A stretch of 64,000 nucleotides of DNA, taken from the IMG/VR virus record IMGVR_UViG_3300037264_006630, positions 96,001 to 160,000 of that record; one strand, 5' to 3'. The notes under the pieces are model-generated. The model did not search any database, had not been told where the DNA came from, and was given only the letters and a program-made list of their open reading frames with translations. Within the stretch, counting starts at the first letter, position 1. Each line of letters begins with the position of its first letter. This DNA is from a virus. Both the position numbers and the translations under genes were made by a program. Below are positions 27,125 through 37,275 of the stretch, piece by piece.

Positions 27125-27508
27125 ATGGCCGACCTCGCCGACATCGCGCTTTGCGTCACCGCCGCTCGAGCCGTCACCTCGACGAGCCTGAGCGGTAGTC
27201 ATGCGAAGTACGAGGCCACCGAGGCGTTCGACCGCATCGAGACGCGCACCATCGACCTCGAAACCGACAGCCCCGAGAGCGTGGCCTTCGGTGATCTTCC
27301 GTCGGCGGCGCTCGTCATGCTCCAGTCTCCCGGGGGCAAGGTTCGCGCCCGCCTGACCTCGGCCGATGGGACCTTGCAGTCGGTCCCCGTCGACCCGGTG
27401 GCGTTCATCCTCTCCCTCACCGTCCCCATCACCGCCATCGACCTGACCCGGGTTGCCGGGTCTCCCACCGTCCGTGTCAGCGCCACCCTCGGCGCGCCAA
27501 CTGTCTGA
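27125..27508 (+). CDS. Putative virion protein
   Basis: Beta-rich; located in head module. Confidence 0.6.
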   Translation: MADLADIALCVTAARAVTSTSLSGSHAKYEATEAFDRIETRTIDLETDSPESVAFGDLPSAALVMLQSPGGKVRARLTSADGTLQSVPVDPVAFILSLTVPITAIDLTRVAGSPTVRVSATLGAPTV

Positions 27509-27526
27509 CCTCACAGGAGCCCCGCC

Positions 27527-27970
27527 ATGCCGACCGAGTTCACCGTCACGTCCGCCCTCGAGCAGCTCAACCCCAACTACCTCGCGGACGCGCTCCGCAG
27601 GCTCCACATCGGGCTCCGCGAGGCCGGCGTCAAGGTGGCGGTCGCCGCCAGCGTGCAGACCCCGGCGGTCGGCCGCGGCACGATCGAGAGCCCCAAGGTC
27701 ACCGTGGCCACCGTCGTGGCGACCTTCGACCCGCCGATCGCGGCGGTGAAGGCGCTGCGCGTCACCTCGGGCGCGGCGACCGGCGGTCGCATCCTGCTCG
27801 ATGCCGCCGGCACCGCCGCGCAGATCGGCACCTCCGGCGTGTACGCGGCCGTCATCTCCGACGACGGCTCGACGATCACGTTCGAGGCCACCATCACCGG
27901 CTTCGTGATCTCGTACATCCCGCGCCTGTCGGCGGCCGACCTCGCCGCCAAGTTCTACCCCCTGACCTGA
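27527..27970 (+). CDS. Putative head decoration/virion protein
   Basis: AGGAG SD; head module. Confidence 0.6.
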   Translation: MPTEFTVTSALEQLNPNYLADALRRLHIGLREAGVKVAVAASVQTPAVGRGTIESPKVTVATVVATFDPPIAAVKALRVTSGAATGGRILLDAAGTAAQIGTSGVYAAVISDDGSTITFEATITGFVISYIPRLSAADLAAKFYPLT

Positions 27971-28133
27971 TCGCTTCGGCGACTGGTCAGCGGTTCGACG
28001 CCGCACTCACCCCGAACACGTCAACCCTTCACCCCTGAACCGTCCGCTTCACCCACAGTCGTCTCGCTGTCTACGCTCACGCGAACAACGGCGGAACAAT
28101 CAGTTGGAAGAAACGGGACCCTGAAAGGCAAGC

Positions 28134-29270
28134 ATGACGGTCGCAGCCAACGCCACGGACCCTCCAGCCCAGCCTGCCCCGCCGCCACCGGCGAGTGCGG
28201 CCACGGCCGATCCCCCATCGCCAGTGGCCGCGCCCATCCCGCCCGAGAGCCAGCCCCAGGTCGTCTTCGAGGTCCCGCCCGTCTCGCCGGTTGTCCCGGC
28301 AGTCGTGGTGGCGCCCGCGCCGACCGAGGTGACGCCACCGCCCCAAGTCGTCCCGCCTCCCACGCCATCGCCCGAGTCGCCCCCGGTCACTGCGGTTCCC
28401 GCCGCTCCCGATCCGGATCTCGACGAAGACGACGTGAAGGAGGGCGCGGTCGCCAAGGGCGATGTCCTGACCGTCCCCCGCAAGTCGTTCAACGGACGCA
28501 TGTCGCGCGAGCGCCGCAAGGGACGCGAGGCCGCCGAAGAGAAGCTCCTCCAGCCAGTGCTGGCCGCGGGGTTCACCTCCTTCGCCGACGTTCTCGAGCA
28601 CGCCACGAAGTACAAGCAGCAACAGGCCAAGGCCAAGGAGATCCCCGTGACCGTTCCCGCAGTCGTTCCCATCCCCGATCCCGCGGCCATCGCCGCGACC
28701 ACCCAGCCGCCGGGCACGCCGCCGCCCCTGATCGCGCCCCCCCCGAGCGGTCAGCCGCCGGGCGACGGTCGCACCCTGTCGGCCGAGGAGCGCAAGAGCC
28801 AGCGGATGGCGCGCCAGCAGGCGGCGCAGGCCGAGGCCGATCGCAAGGCCGCGGTCGAGCGGTCCAACGCCGAAGTCGCCGCGGCCAAGGCCGAGACGGA
28901 CCGCATCAAGGCGCGGACCACGATCGGCTACAAGCTGGCCGCCGAGCGCCCGGTCGACATCGAGTTCGCGCTCGCGCGCTACGACACCCACGTCGCCACC
29001 CTGGACGACGCCGGCAAGGCGGCGCTCGCCACCACCGACGGCTGGAACAAGTGGATGGCCGACTTCAAGAAGGCCAACCCGTTCCTCTTCGCCTCGCCAG
29101 CGCCGACGCAGGTCCCGGCCACCACCGGCCCCGTCGTCATCCCGCCCCCGGCCCCCGGCCCCGCCGCGGTCGGCGCGGTCGCGGGCGACGGTGCCAAGAT
29201 CGACGCGCGCACCATGACCCCGGCGGCGTACGCGCAGCTCAAGCAGCAACGCGGCCTGGCCGCACGCTGA
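28134..29270 (+). CDS. Capsid scaffolding protein
   Basis: Pro-rich ends, central coiled coil, KKANPFLF motif; directly upstream of the capsid gene. Confidence 0.7.
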   Translation: MTVAANATDPPAQPAPPPPASAATADPPSPVAAPIPPESQPQVVFEVPPVSPVVPAVVVAPAPTEVTPPPQVVPPPTPSPESPPVTAVPAAPDPDLDEDDVKEGAVAKGDVLTVPRKSFNGRMSRERRKGREAAEEKLLQPVLAAGFTSFADVLEHATKYKQQQAKAKEIPVTVPAVVPIPDPAAIAATTQPPGTPPPLIAPPPSGQPPGDGRTLSAEERKSQRMARQQAAQAEADRKAAVERSNAEVAAAKAETDRIKARTTIGYKLAAERPVDIEFALARYDTHVATLDDAGKAALATTDGWNKWMADFKKANPFLFASPAPTQVPATTGPVVIPPPAPGPAAVGAVAGDGAKIDARTMTPAAYAQLKQQRGLAAR

Positions 29271-29274
29271 CCCG

Positions 29275-29307
29275 ACCTTGCGCGCGGTGATTTCGCGCTC
29301 GTAGCCT
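29275..29307 (+). promoter_or_regulatory. Late-type promoter L3
   Basis: ACCTTGCGC-N18-TAGCCT upstream of the capsid gene. Confidence 0.55.
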
Positions 29308-29344
29308 TTCTCGCACCACCTCTCTTCACCTCCCGGAGAACCCC

Positions 29345-30772
29345 ATGAGCATCCTCGACACGCCGTACTACCGCTCGCTGGTGCAGGACAACCTGATCAT
29401 CGCCGAGTTCCAGTTGGCCCTCTTCCCCCTCCTCCAGTTCCGGGACGAGGCGCTGCCCGAGGCGTGGGGCGAGAACACCGGCGACACCAAGATCTTCACC
29501 GCCAACGGCCTGCTCCCGACGCGGACCGCGCCGATCCGGCAGGGTGACGAGCCGCCCGTGGCCAACTACGGCCGCGAGCAGTGGGCGGTGACCCAGCAGG
29601 CGTACGGCACGTCGATCGACACCAACGTGCCGACCGCGACCCAGGCGGCGGTGAACCTGCTCCTCCAGGACATCAAGGAGCTCGGCCGGGCGGCGGGCCG
29701 TTCGATCAACCAGATCGCGCGCAACGTGATGTACAACGCGGCGCTCTCCGGCCACACCGTCTGCTACGGCGGCTCGGGCGGTTCGACGGTCACCATCCCG
29801 GTGCTCCGCCTGAACGGCCTCACCCGCGCCCGGCGCCCCGACCTCGCGGCCGGCTCGCCCGTCCGCTACGACACGGTGTCGGTGAGCAACCCGCTCCCGA
29901 TCAGGTGGGGCGCGACCCTGTCCACCACCGCGCTCGTGGTCGGCTACACCCCGACCTTCACGGGCGACGAGATCGGGCCCGGCACCATCACGCTGGCCGT
30001 GGCGGCGTCCATCGCCGACCGCGACCCGATCGTGGCGGACACCGCGACCTGGATCCGGCGCTCCGGCGGCGGCAACTCGGTCGACTCGCTGTCGACCTCG
30101 GACCTGCTCACGTTCGCCGACCTGCGCGAGGCCCTGGCCCGCCTCGGCAACATGAACATCCCGCGCCACGCGGACGGCTACTACCACGGCCACTTCGACT
30201 CGATCTCGAGCAACCAGATCTTCTCGGACACCGAGTGGCGGCAGCTCACGGAGACCCGGGTCGACGGCATCCAGTACCAGGAGCACGCCATCGGGCAGAA
30301 GCTCAACACGGTCTGGTACAAGAACGAGGAGTCGCCGACCCCGTACACCGTCAACCTGCCCAACGGCCAGACCGACGGCACGGCCGGCGACCAGTTCCGC
30401 CCGACCGTGGACAACTTCGCGGGCGAGCTCTACTCGAACGGCGACCCGGCCTCCGGTGTGGCGGTCCACCGCACCCTCATCACCGGCGGCGAGGGCCTCC
30501 GGGAGTACTACGTCGACCAGGACGCGTACATCACCGAGGCCGGCACCACCGGCAAGATCTCGGACTGCCCGCTGGTCACCGCGGGCGCGGTGCAGATGGC
30601 GACTACCAACGCGCACATCAAGCTCATCCAGCGCGCGCCGCTCGATCGCCGCCAGCAGACGGTGTCGAACACCTGGAGCTACGACGGCGCGTTCGTCGAG
30701 CGCACGGACGGCGCGTCGGGCGATGGTCGCTACTTCAAGCGCGTCGCCGTGGTCGAGCACGGTCGCCCCTGA
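29345..30772 (+). CDS. Major capsid protein, N4-gp56-like HK97 fold
   Basis: GDTKIF..GLL...P..QGDEP, QQAYGTSID, LGRAAGRSINQIAR pattern. Confidence 0.85.
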   Translation: MSILDTPYYRSLVQDNLIIAEFQLALFPLLQFRDEALPEAWGENTGDTKIFTANGLLPTRTAPIRQGDEPPVANYGREQWAVTQQAYGTSIDTNVPTATQAAVNLLLQDIKELGRAAGRSINQIARNVMYNAALSGHTVCYGGSGGSTVTIPVLRLNGLTRARRPDLAAGSPVRYDTVSVSNPLPIRWGATLSTTALVVGYTPTFTGDEIGPGTITLAVAASIADRDPIVADTATWIRRSGGGNSVDSLSTSDLLTFADLREALARLGNMNIPRHADGYYHGHFDSISSNQIFSDTEWRQLTETRVDGIQYQEHAIGQKLNTVWYKNEESPTPYTVNLPNGQTDGTAGDQFRPTVDNFAGELYSNGDPASGVAVHRTLITGGEGLREYYVDQDAYITEAGTTGKISDCPLVTAGAVQMATTNAHIKLIQRAPLDRRQQTVSNTWSYDGAFVERTDGASGDGRYFKRVAVVEHGRP

Positions 30773-30803
30773 TCGCTGACCGCTGAGTCCGGTCGACCTG
30801 GAG

Positions 30804-30854
30804 AACATCCCGGGGAGTGGGTCGCACCGAGTCCCATCCACCCCGGGATGTTTT
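30804..30854 (+). terminator. Hairpin plus T-tract after the capsid gene
   Basis: 12-bp perfect inverted repeat AACATCCCGGGG/CCCCGGGATGTT followed by TT. Confidence 0.6.
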
Positions 30855-30870
30855 GCGTCCAGAGGTCCCC

Positions 30871-31773
30871 ATGGTCCACGATCCGATCTTCTCCCCCGGC
30901 GCTCTCCCCGTCTCGACGGCGCTCACCGGCGACCCCAGCGTGGACGCCATCCACACCGCGACCGAGAACGCGCGTCTCGCCGAGATGATGGCAGCGGCCC
31001 GCATCTTCGCGACGTCCGACATGGTGATCGCGTCGCCGTACGGCATGATGTCGCCGGGCGCGCTGCGCACGCTGGTCGAGAGCGTCGGGTTCCGGCACCA
31101 ATCCTACGACGACCTCGAGCTCCGGCGGCTCATGGTGTACGTCGATGCTCGCCAGGTCCAGGCGGGCAAGCGGCCGTACGCGATCAAGGAGACCCAGCGC
31201 CAGTCCCACGCCGCGCCGGCGGCGCCGGTGAGGATCCCGCAGCTCCCGCGGTCGGCCTCGAACGAGTGGGAGGTGACCGAGCTCCACAACCGGGTGTGCA
31301 TCCCGGGCGGGGTCTACACCTGGCGCAAGGGTCTCATCGTCAAGCTCGCCGAGCTCGGCGAGGTCACCCTGCGCTCGGTCGTCGAGCAGGGCGTGAAGCT
31401 CAAGGCGTACCCCGAGGAGATGCCGCGGCGCACCTGTTCGACCTGCGACACGAGCTGGCCGGCGGACCTGCCGAACGGCGCCTCCTGCCCGATGTGCTTC
31501 CTCAACGAGCGCGGCGAGGACACGCGGCTCCGCGCTGTGGCCGAGCGCCTGGAAGCGATGGTCGGCTGGGCGCTCGCCGTGGGCGCGCCGCCGCTGGACG
31601 GCGACGGGACGTGGAGCGGTCAGCCGACCCCGGACCCCGGCAAGCTCGAGGTTCCCAAGACGATCGCGGCCCCGGTCGTGGAGTCGGTGGCCGACCCGCT
31701 GGCGGCCACGACCGAAGGTGCCGCCGAGTCGGAGCCGGTCGGCGGCAAGAAGCGCGCGAAGAAGGACGGCTGA
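30871..31773 (+). CDS. Hypothetical protein with Zn ribbon (CSTC...CPMC)
   Basis: Between capsid and adaptor genes; GAGG SD. Confidence 0.7.
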   Translation: MVHDPIFSPGALPVSTALTGDPSVDAIHTATENARLAEMMAAARIFATSDMVIASPYGMMSPGALRTLVESVGFRHQSYDDLELRRLMVYVDARQVQAGKRPYAIKETQRQSHAAPAAPVRIPQLPRSASNEWEVTELHNRVCIPGGVYTWRKGLIVKLAELGEVTLRSVVEQGVKLKAYPEEMPRRTCSTCDTSWPADLPNGASCPMCFLNERGEDTRLRAVAERLEAMVGWALAVGAPPLDGDGTWSGQPTPDPGKLEVPKTIAAPVVESVADPLAATTEGAAESEPVGGKKRAKKDG

Positions 31774-31776
31774 TCC

Positions 31777-32181
31777 GTGGCGGCGCTCTCGGCTGCGGAC
31801 AAGGCCCGGGTGCGCTATCACCTGGGATACCAGGCCGCCATGCCGGGCATGGGGTTCACGTTCGGCGTGCCGATCCTGTCGGCGCCGCACTACATCTTCG
31901 AGAGCGCGGTCCAGCACCTCATCGCCGAGAACGTGCCACAGGTCATCCGGCTGCTCGACACTCTCGACTGCATCGAACAGAAGATGATGGCGAGCGCGAC
32001 TGCCGGGTATCCTGCGATCCGAGCCGAGGACGTGGAGCCAAACCTCGACGAGGGCGAGACGATGGAGCGCGAGTACGTGCGCTGGGCGAACCGTCTGGCC
32101 GACATCTTGGGCTGCCCGCTCTCGCCGTGGGCCGAGCGGTTCAAGCGATCCTCCAGCATCGGCAACGTCCGCGTCCGGTGA
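31777..32181 (+). CDS. Head-tail adaptor
   Basis: Size, position and LSAADKARVRYHLGY N-terminus. Confidence 0.65.
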   Translation: MAALSAADKARVRYHLGYQAAMPGMGFTFGVPILSAPHYIFESAVQHLIAENVPQVIRLLDTLDCIEQKMMASATAGYPAIRAEDVEPNLDEGETMEREYVRWANRLADILGCPLSPWAERFKRSSSIGNVRVR

Positions 32182-32185
32182 ACCC

Positions 32186-32728
32186 ATGACCCAGCCCTGC
32201 CAGTGCGCCGCTCTCTGCCTGTGCCCGGCGCGCTTCCGGGCCGCGGGCGACATCAACTGCCGGCTGTCGGCGGTGATGGACCGCGCCCGCGATGTGGCAG
32301 CGCAGCTCGGCCTGCGGCCCTACCGGGTGTCGTTCGTCCACGTTCGGTGGACCGGCCGCGTGCGGGGTGACGGCTCCGAGGAGGTGGTCACCCAGCGGGA
32401 CATCCTGCCGGCGCCCAAGGTCTCCGACCTGTCCGGCCTGACGCGCGAGCTCACGCCGTCCCAGATCGACGAGGCCGGGACCCTCCTGCTCACCAAGATC
32501 AGCGCGGCCTACACCGAGGATCAGATCCTCTGCCGCCCGGCGTCCGGCAAGCCGCTCCCGCCGAACGAGGCCATCTACTACGAGATCCAACTCGGCACCG
32601 GCGGCGAGCGGCGGCGCATGGTGCCCGTGGGCGGCGGCGCCCCGACCCTCAAGGCGGTGGAGGGATGGACGATCGCGGTCACGCTGCAAGCTGGTGCGCG
32701 CGGTCGCAGCGGCGCGAACCGGCCGTGA
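32186..32728 (+). CDS. Head closure / head-tail connector
   Basis: Synteny; beta-rich. Confidence 0.55.
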   Translation: MTQPCQCAALCLCPARFRAAGDINCRLSAVMDRARDVAAQLGLRPYRVSFVHVRWTGRVRGDGSEEVVTQRDILPAPKVSDLSGLTRELTPSQIDEAGTLLLTKISAAYTEDQILCRPASGKPLPPNEAIYYEIQLGTGGERRRMVPVGGGAPTLKAVEGWTIAVTLQAGARGRSGANRP

Positions 32729-33243
32729 CCGTCCAGCGGTTCACGGTCGAGCAGTGGGTGGGCTACCACACCCACCTCGGCGAGCGGATGCACCGGGCGG
32801 CGGTCCGCGGGTTGGCCAACGCGTCGGTGAAGATCATCGCGCTCCTGGTCGAGCGCACGCGCGCGGCCGACCCGGCCAGTCCAGGTGGAGCGTTCGGGGC
32901 GACCGACACCAACACCTTCCTGCGGGCCTGGCACGTCGTCCCCGACGGCATGGGCCTGCGCATCTACAACTCCATGCCCTACGCGGGCGTGATCGAGTAC
33001 GGGCGGCGGCCGGGCAGCAAGCAGCCGCCCAAGGAGCCGATCGAGCGGTGGCTCATGAGCCGCGGCGGCATGACGGCGAGCAAGGCCAGGGCGACGGCGT
33101 GGGTGGTCGCGCGCGCCATCGGCATCCGTGGTCTCCGAGGGAGGCACATCTTGACCGCGCCGGAGGCAACCGCGCAGATTGTCGACATTGTGGAGACCTC
33201 GATCAACGACGAGATCGCGCGTGAAATCGGCAGGCCAAGGTGA
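32725..33243 (+). CDS. HK97 gp10-like tail completion protein
   Basis: NSMPYAGVIEYGRRPG, IGIRG motifs. Confidence 0.7.
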   Translation: MTVQRFTVEQWVGYHTHLGERMHRAAVRGLANASVKIIALLVERTRAADPASPGGAFGATDTNTFLRAWHVVPDGMGLRIYNSMPYAGVIEYGRRPGSKQPPKEPIERWLMSRGGMTASKARATAWVVARAIGIRGLRGRHILTAPEATAQIVDIVETSINDEIAREIGRPR

Positions 33244-34025
33244 GCGTCGACTGCGACACCGACGCGGAAGACCGCGTCCCGGTGGATGCCGGGCTCGGCC
33301 TGGACCCGACGCCGGAAGAGGTCACCACTTGGCTGGTGGATCCGGAGAGCGATGAGCCGGGCGCCGAGTGGTCGCTGCGGTGCGACAACTCGGTCCACGG
33401 CGCGGTGGTGCGCGGGCTGGTCCAGTACGTCTGGACCGTCGGGAGCCGTGCGCTGGGCCGCATCCTGCGCTTCAACCGGGTGATGGGTGAGCACGCCGAC
33501 ACCGGCGACGAGCGCGTGGACTACCCGGTCGCGGTCGTGATGGGCGAGCAGGGCGAAGGCCGGTACGCCTCGCCAGCGCGCAACCCAACCATCGTCACTG
33601 CCGCTTCCCCGGCGCAACGCGCCATGACCTCGCCGGGGATCGTCGCCAACCCGCGGCAACCGGTACGGTTCACCGAGCCCGGATCAGGCGACATCCTGGG
33701 GCTGTCCTGGGCCTCGGTCTACACCTTCGAGCAGCTCCTGGTGAGCATCACCTGCGGCTCGAAGCCCGAGCGCGACGCGATGGCCAAGGCCATGGAGGAC
33801 GCCAGCAATCCGCACGTCTCGTCCGGCGGCGTCCATCTGCGGCTGGGGCACTACTACGGCGCGGTGGCCGTCTACACCCTCCAGTCCCAGGTCCGTCCCG
33901 ACTCGCCAGCCGACGCTGCTTCCGACGCCTGGGTGGCGACCTTTCGCTACCGCGTCGAGTGCCCGACTATCCGCGCACACCGCATCGCCAGCGCCGATCC
34001 GCGCGCGCAGGTCTCCGTCACCTGA
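33240..34025 (+). CDS. Tail terminator-like protein
   Basis: Synteny before sheath. Confidence 0.55.
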   Translation: MSVDCDTDAEDRVPVDAGLGLDPTPEEVTTWLVDPESDEPGAEWSLRCDNSVHGAVVRGLVQYVWTVGSRALGRILRFNRVMGEHADTGDERVDYPVAVVMGEQGEGRYASPARNPTIVTAASPAQRAMTSPGIVANPRQPVRFTEPGSGDILGLSWASVYTFEQLLVSITCGSKPERDAMAKAMEDASNPHVSSGGVHLRLGHYYGAVAVYTLQSQVRPDSPADAASDAWVATFRYRVECPTIRAHRIASADPRAQVSVT

Positions 34026-34052
34026 TCCTCGATCTCCTCCAAGGAGCCCCTC

Positions 34053-36077
34053 ATGTCGTTCCTGTCTCGCTATCCCAACATGCCGTCGAACGACGTGCTC
34101 TCCGAGATCGAGGGCGTCGTCATCATCGACGGCACCGTGGCTGGGACGCCCCGCGGCGCCTCCACCGGCGTGGCCGCGTGCGTCGGCGAGTTCACCGACT
34201 GCACCTACGGCGTCGCCATCGACGCCAACGGCGTGGTCACCACCAGCCCGCGGCCCGTCGAGATCGAGGGCGGCGACTTCGAGGAGCTCGTTGGTGGCTG
34301 GGACGAGACGATCGGCGAGTTCGGCGGCGATGGTGGGTCCGGCTTCCTCGCGTGCAAGAACAAGACGTTCGCGCGGCTCCTGGTCGTGCCGACCAACATC
34401 GCCAGCTCGCAGGGCGTGCGCCTGTACCGCGAGCTCCCCACCAACCGCAGCGCGACCGACCCGACCCCGGTGGTCGAGATCTCGGGCGTCACCATCCGCG
34501 CTGGCACCGAGTTCAAGAGCGGCAACAACCGCGTCCGCCTCGCGGCGTCGGTGACCTTCCTCGGTTCGGCCGAGTACACCTCCGGCGTGGACGGCGCGAT
34601 GACCGCGGCCGGCGCCCCGGCGGCGTTCCAGACCTTCAACTCGGCGGGCGGCCTCTTCACTACGTTCATCCGCCCCGACGGCAAGACCGGCGTCAAGGTC
34701 GGCGACATCTTGGTCCTGGGCGTGGTCGGCGGCGCTGGCGCGCTGGGCGCCAACGCGTACACCCTCCGCGTTCGCTCGGTCACCGGCGCCACGGCGCTCG
34801 TGGTCGAGAAGCTCGACGGAACCACCTTCGACTGGACCACCGGCACCGCGCAGCCGTGGCGCCTGTACGCGGGTGCGGTCGCGGACACCGGCCTGGAGAC
34901 CCACGTCGGCACCCAGGCCGGCTACAAGATCCCGGCCCGCCCGCTCGACGCCACCATCGCGATCAACACCACCCTCACCCCCACCGTCCAGGCCGACCCG
35001 ACCGCGCCCACCGCGGACAATTGGGCCCCGCTGTCCGGGCTCAAGCTGCGGTCGGCGACGGTCACCGGCATCGTCTACACCGCGACGGTGCAGGGCGTGA
35101 ACGCGGTGAACGACGCGACGATCGACGCGCTCTACACGCTCGCCATCGCGGCGCTGCTCGAGGACAACGACCCGGTCAACCAGGTGACGACCATCTGGGC
35201 GGCGCGCTCGTCGCAGGGCATCCGCGACCAGCTCTCGTCCGCGGTCCGCAAGCGCTACGGCAACGGCCGCGGCATGCAGGCCCACTACTCGCCGGCGCTC
35301 GACGTGGTCTCCAAGACCGTGGCCCTGTCGAACACCTACCCCGGCGTCGGCGCCCTGCGATCGCGCGAGATGGCGTTCAACTGGCCGGGCGTGAAGACCT
35401 TCCTCAAGGAGGCGGTTGGCTTCTCGGTGAAGCGCGCCGACGGGACCTTCACGACGGACGGTCAGCTCGACACCACCTCGGACGGCTGGGCCGTGTCGGT
35501 GGCGTCGAGCCTGCCCCCGGAGAAGAACCCGGGCGAGGAGAGCGACGCGGTGCAGTCGGTGCTGGCGCCGTGGATCTCGCTCCAGACCGGCGTGGGCCCC
35601 GGCCTCGATCGCGGCTTCTACAAGCGCGCCAAGGCGCTCGGCATGATGGCGCCGCGTATCAGCCGGTCGAACGGCGGGCGCATCCTCAACTACTTCGAGA
35701 GCGGCGTCACGGCGTCGATCAACGCGGCCAACGGCGAGACGGAGTACCGCGAGCGCCGGTTCTCCTTCTACGTGCAGGACTCGATGGCGGCGATCGTGGC
35801 GCCGTTCTCCAAGCAGGAGCTCACCAAGAAGCTCCAGGGCGACATGGTGTCGGCGGTCGCCGAGTGGCTCCAGGTGCTCAAGGACGACGGCCGTTGCGTG
35901 GACTTCACCATCGACGCGATCAGCGGCAACAACGCCAAGCTCAGGAAGCTGGGCATCTACGTGATCAAGGTCGTGGTCGAGATGAACTCCGACCTCCGAG
36001 TGGCGGTGCTCGACACCCGGGTGGGCGTGGGCGCCCTGCCCTCCACCGAGGTGTCGTTCAACCAGCGCGCGGCCTGA
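34053..36077 (+). CDS. Contractile tail sheath protein
   Basis: N-terminal GVVIIDG..TGVAACVGEF; C-terminal RERRFSFYVQDSM..LQVLK..F.ID..N. Confidence 0.85.
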   Translation: MSFLSRYPNMPSNDVLSEIEGVVIIDGTVAGTPRGASTGVAACVGEFTDCTYGVAIDANGVVTTSPRPVEIEGGDFEELVGGWDETIGEFGGDGGSGFLACKNKTFARLLVVPTNIASSQGVRLYRELPTNRSATDPTPVVEISGVTIRAGTEFKSGNNRVRLAASVTFLGSAEYTSGVDGAMTAAGAPAAFQTFNSAGGLFTTFIRPDGKTGVKVGDILVLGVVGGAGALGANAYTLRVRSVTGATALVVEKLDGTTFDWTTGTAQPWRLYAGAVADTGLETHVGTQAGYKIPARPLDATIAINTTLTPTVQADPTAPTADNWAPLSGLKLRSATVTGIVYTATVQGVNAVNDATIDALYTLAIAALLEDNDPVNQVTTIWAARSSQGIRDQLSSAVRKRYGNGRGMQAHYSPALDVVSKTVALSNTYPGVGALRSREMAFNWPGVKTFLKEAVGFSVKRADGTFTTDGQLDTTSDGWAVSVASSLPPEKNPGEESDAVQSVLAPWISLQTGVGPGLDRGFYKRAKALGMMAPRISRSNGGRILNYFESGVTASINAANGETEYRERRFSFYVQDSMAAIVAPFSKQELTKKLQGDMVSAVAEWLQVLKDDGRCVDFTIDAISGNNAKLRKLGIYVIKVVVEMNSDLRVAVLDTRVGVGALPSTEVSFNQRAA

Positions 36078-36078
36078 G

Positions 36079-36111
36079 TCCTTGCGCGGCGGCGCCGCGC
36101 CCCTGTAGATC
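36079..36111 (+). promoter_or_regulatory. Late-type promoter L4
   Basis: TCCTTGCGC-N18-TAGATC upstream of the tube gene. Confidence 0.5.
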
Positions 36112-36281
36112 GAAGCATCGAAGCACGCCGCCGGGGACGTCCCGCGGTGCGCGCCTCACCACCCCGCCATGCGGGCCAGGGATAGGGCGCGGAAGGCAAG
36201 CCGGAACATCCGGCCCCTCCCGCGCCCTTCGTCGTTTCGGCCACCGCTCTCTGCCTCCCCACCCACCGAAGGATCCGCCTC

Positions 36282-36722
36282 ATGTCGACTCCCTTGATCA
36301 TCGGACAGGACAACGTGCTCTCGGTGCAGATCGACAGCGTGGTCTACCAGTCGCTGGCTATCACCAGCTCGGAGATCACCTACAAGCTCTCCCGCAAGGA
36401 GACCGGGATCCTGGGCACCAACACCATGCGGATCGACGAGGTGTTCGTGGGCATCGAGGGGAGCCTGGAGGTCAAGATCGGCGACCCGGACATGTTCCAG
36501 ATCATCAACATCATCCGCGACCGCGCGCAGCGCCGCGCGCCGCCGTACCCGCGGGTGACGCTCAAGAGCGAGTTCACCTTCCCCGCCGACAACCGCCGCG
36601 CGCTCATCGTGATCCCGGACCTCAAGTTCGGTGACATCCCGATCACGACCGGCGCCCGCGAGGAACACGCCACGATCAAGCTCTCGTACGGCGCCGAGCA
36701 GGCGCCCATCTACTTCATCTGA
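36282..36722 (+). CDS. Tail tube protein
   Basis: 146 aa beta-rich protein after the sheath. Confidence 0.75.
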   Translation: MSTPLIIGQDNVLSVQIDSVVYQSLAITSSEITYKLSRKETGILGTNTMRIDEVFVGIEGSLEVKIGDPDMFQIINIIRDRAQRRAPPYPRVTLKSEFTFPADNRRALIVIPDLKFGDIPITTGAREEHATIKLSYGAEQAPIYFI

Positions 36723-36739
36723 ACCGAACCCGAGGTCCC

Positions 36740-37270
36740 ATGCAGCTCGAGAAGCCCGCGCCGTCCGCGCCCGTTGGCCACGCCAGCCTCGCCGATGCCA
36801 CCAGCAACATGCCGCGCCGCACGTACATCGAGTACGAGGTGCCAGCGTCCTGCCCGCTCGACGAGCGTCAGCTCGTCATGGCCGGCGAGCGCTACGCGCT
36901 GCTCGTCGCCACGTTCAAGCTCCCGTCCGTCTTCGAGGAGCGCCGGGTCTTCCAGCGCATCGGCGCCGACATCGACAAGCCGATGATCATCGCGACGGTG
37001 CAGACCACCGAGGCGCTGTCGTTCATCCTCTGCGCGGCGGTGCATGTCGTCCTCGACGCGGACGGCAACCCGCAGGAGAGCTTCGACCCGGACCGGACCA
37101 AGGCGTTCGAGTTCCGGTGCTCGAGCATCGACGGCACCGCCGAGGGCACATTCGCCGCGATGCACCCGGCGATGCGGACCTTGCTCATGATGGGCTACGC
37201 GACGTCGGTGCAAGCCTCGGAGGAGACCGCAGCGCTTTTTCTCAAGAGCCGACGCACGGTCACACGCTGA
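36740..37270 (+). CDS. Tail assembly chaperone
   Basis: Position between tube and tape measure genes. Confidence 0.65.
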   Translation: MQLEKPAPSAPVGHASLADATSNMPRRTYIEYEVPASCPLDERQLVMAGERYALLVATFKLPSVFEERRVFQRIGADIDKPMIIATVQTTEALSFILCAAVHVVLDADGNPQESFDPDRTKAFEFRCSSIDGTAEGTFAAMHPAMRTLLMMGYATSVQASEETAALFLKSRRTVTR

Positions 37271-37275
37271 GAAGT

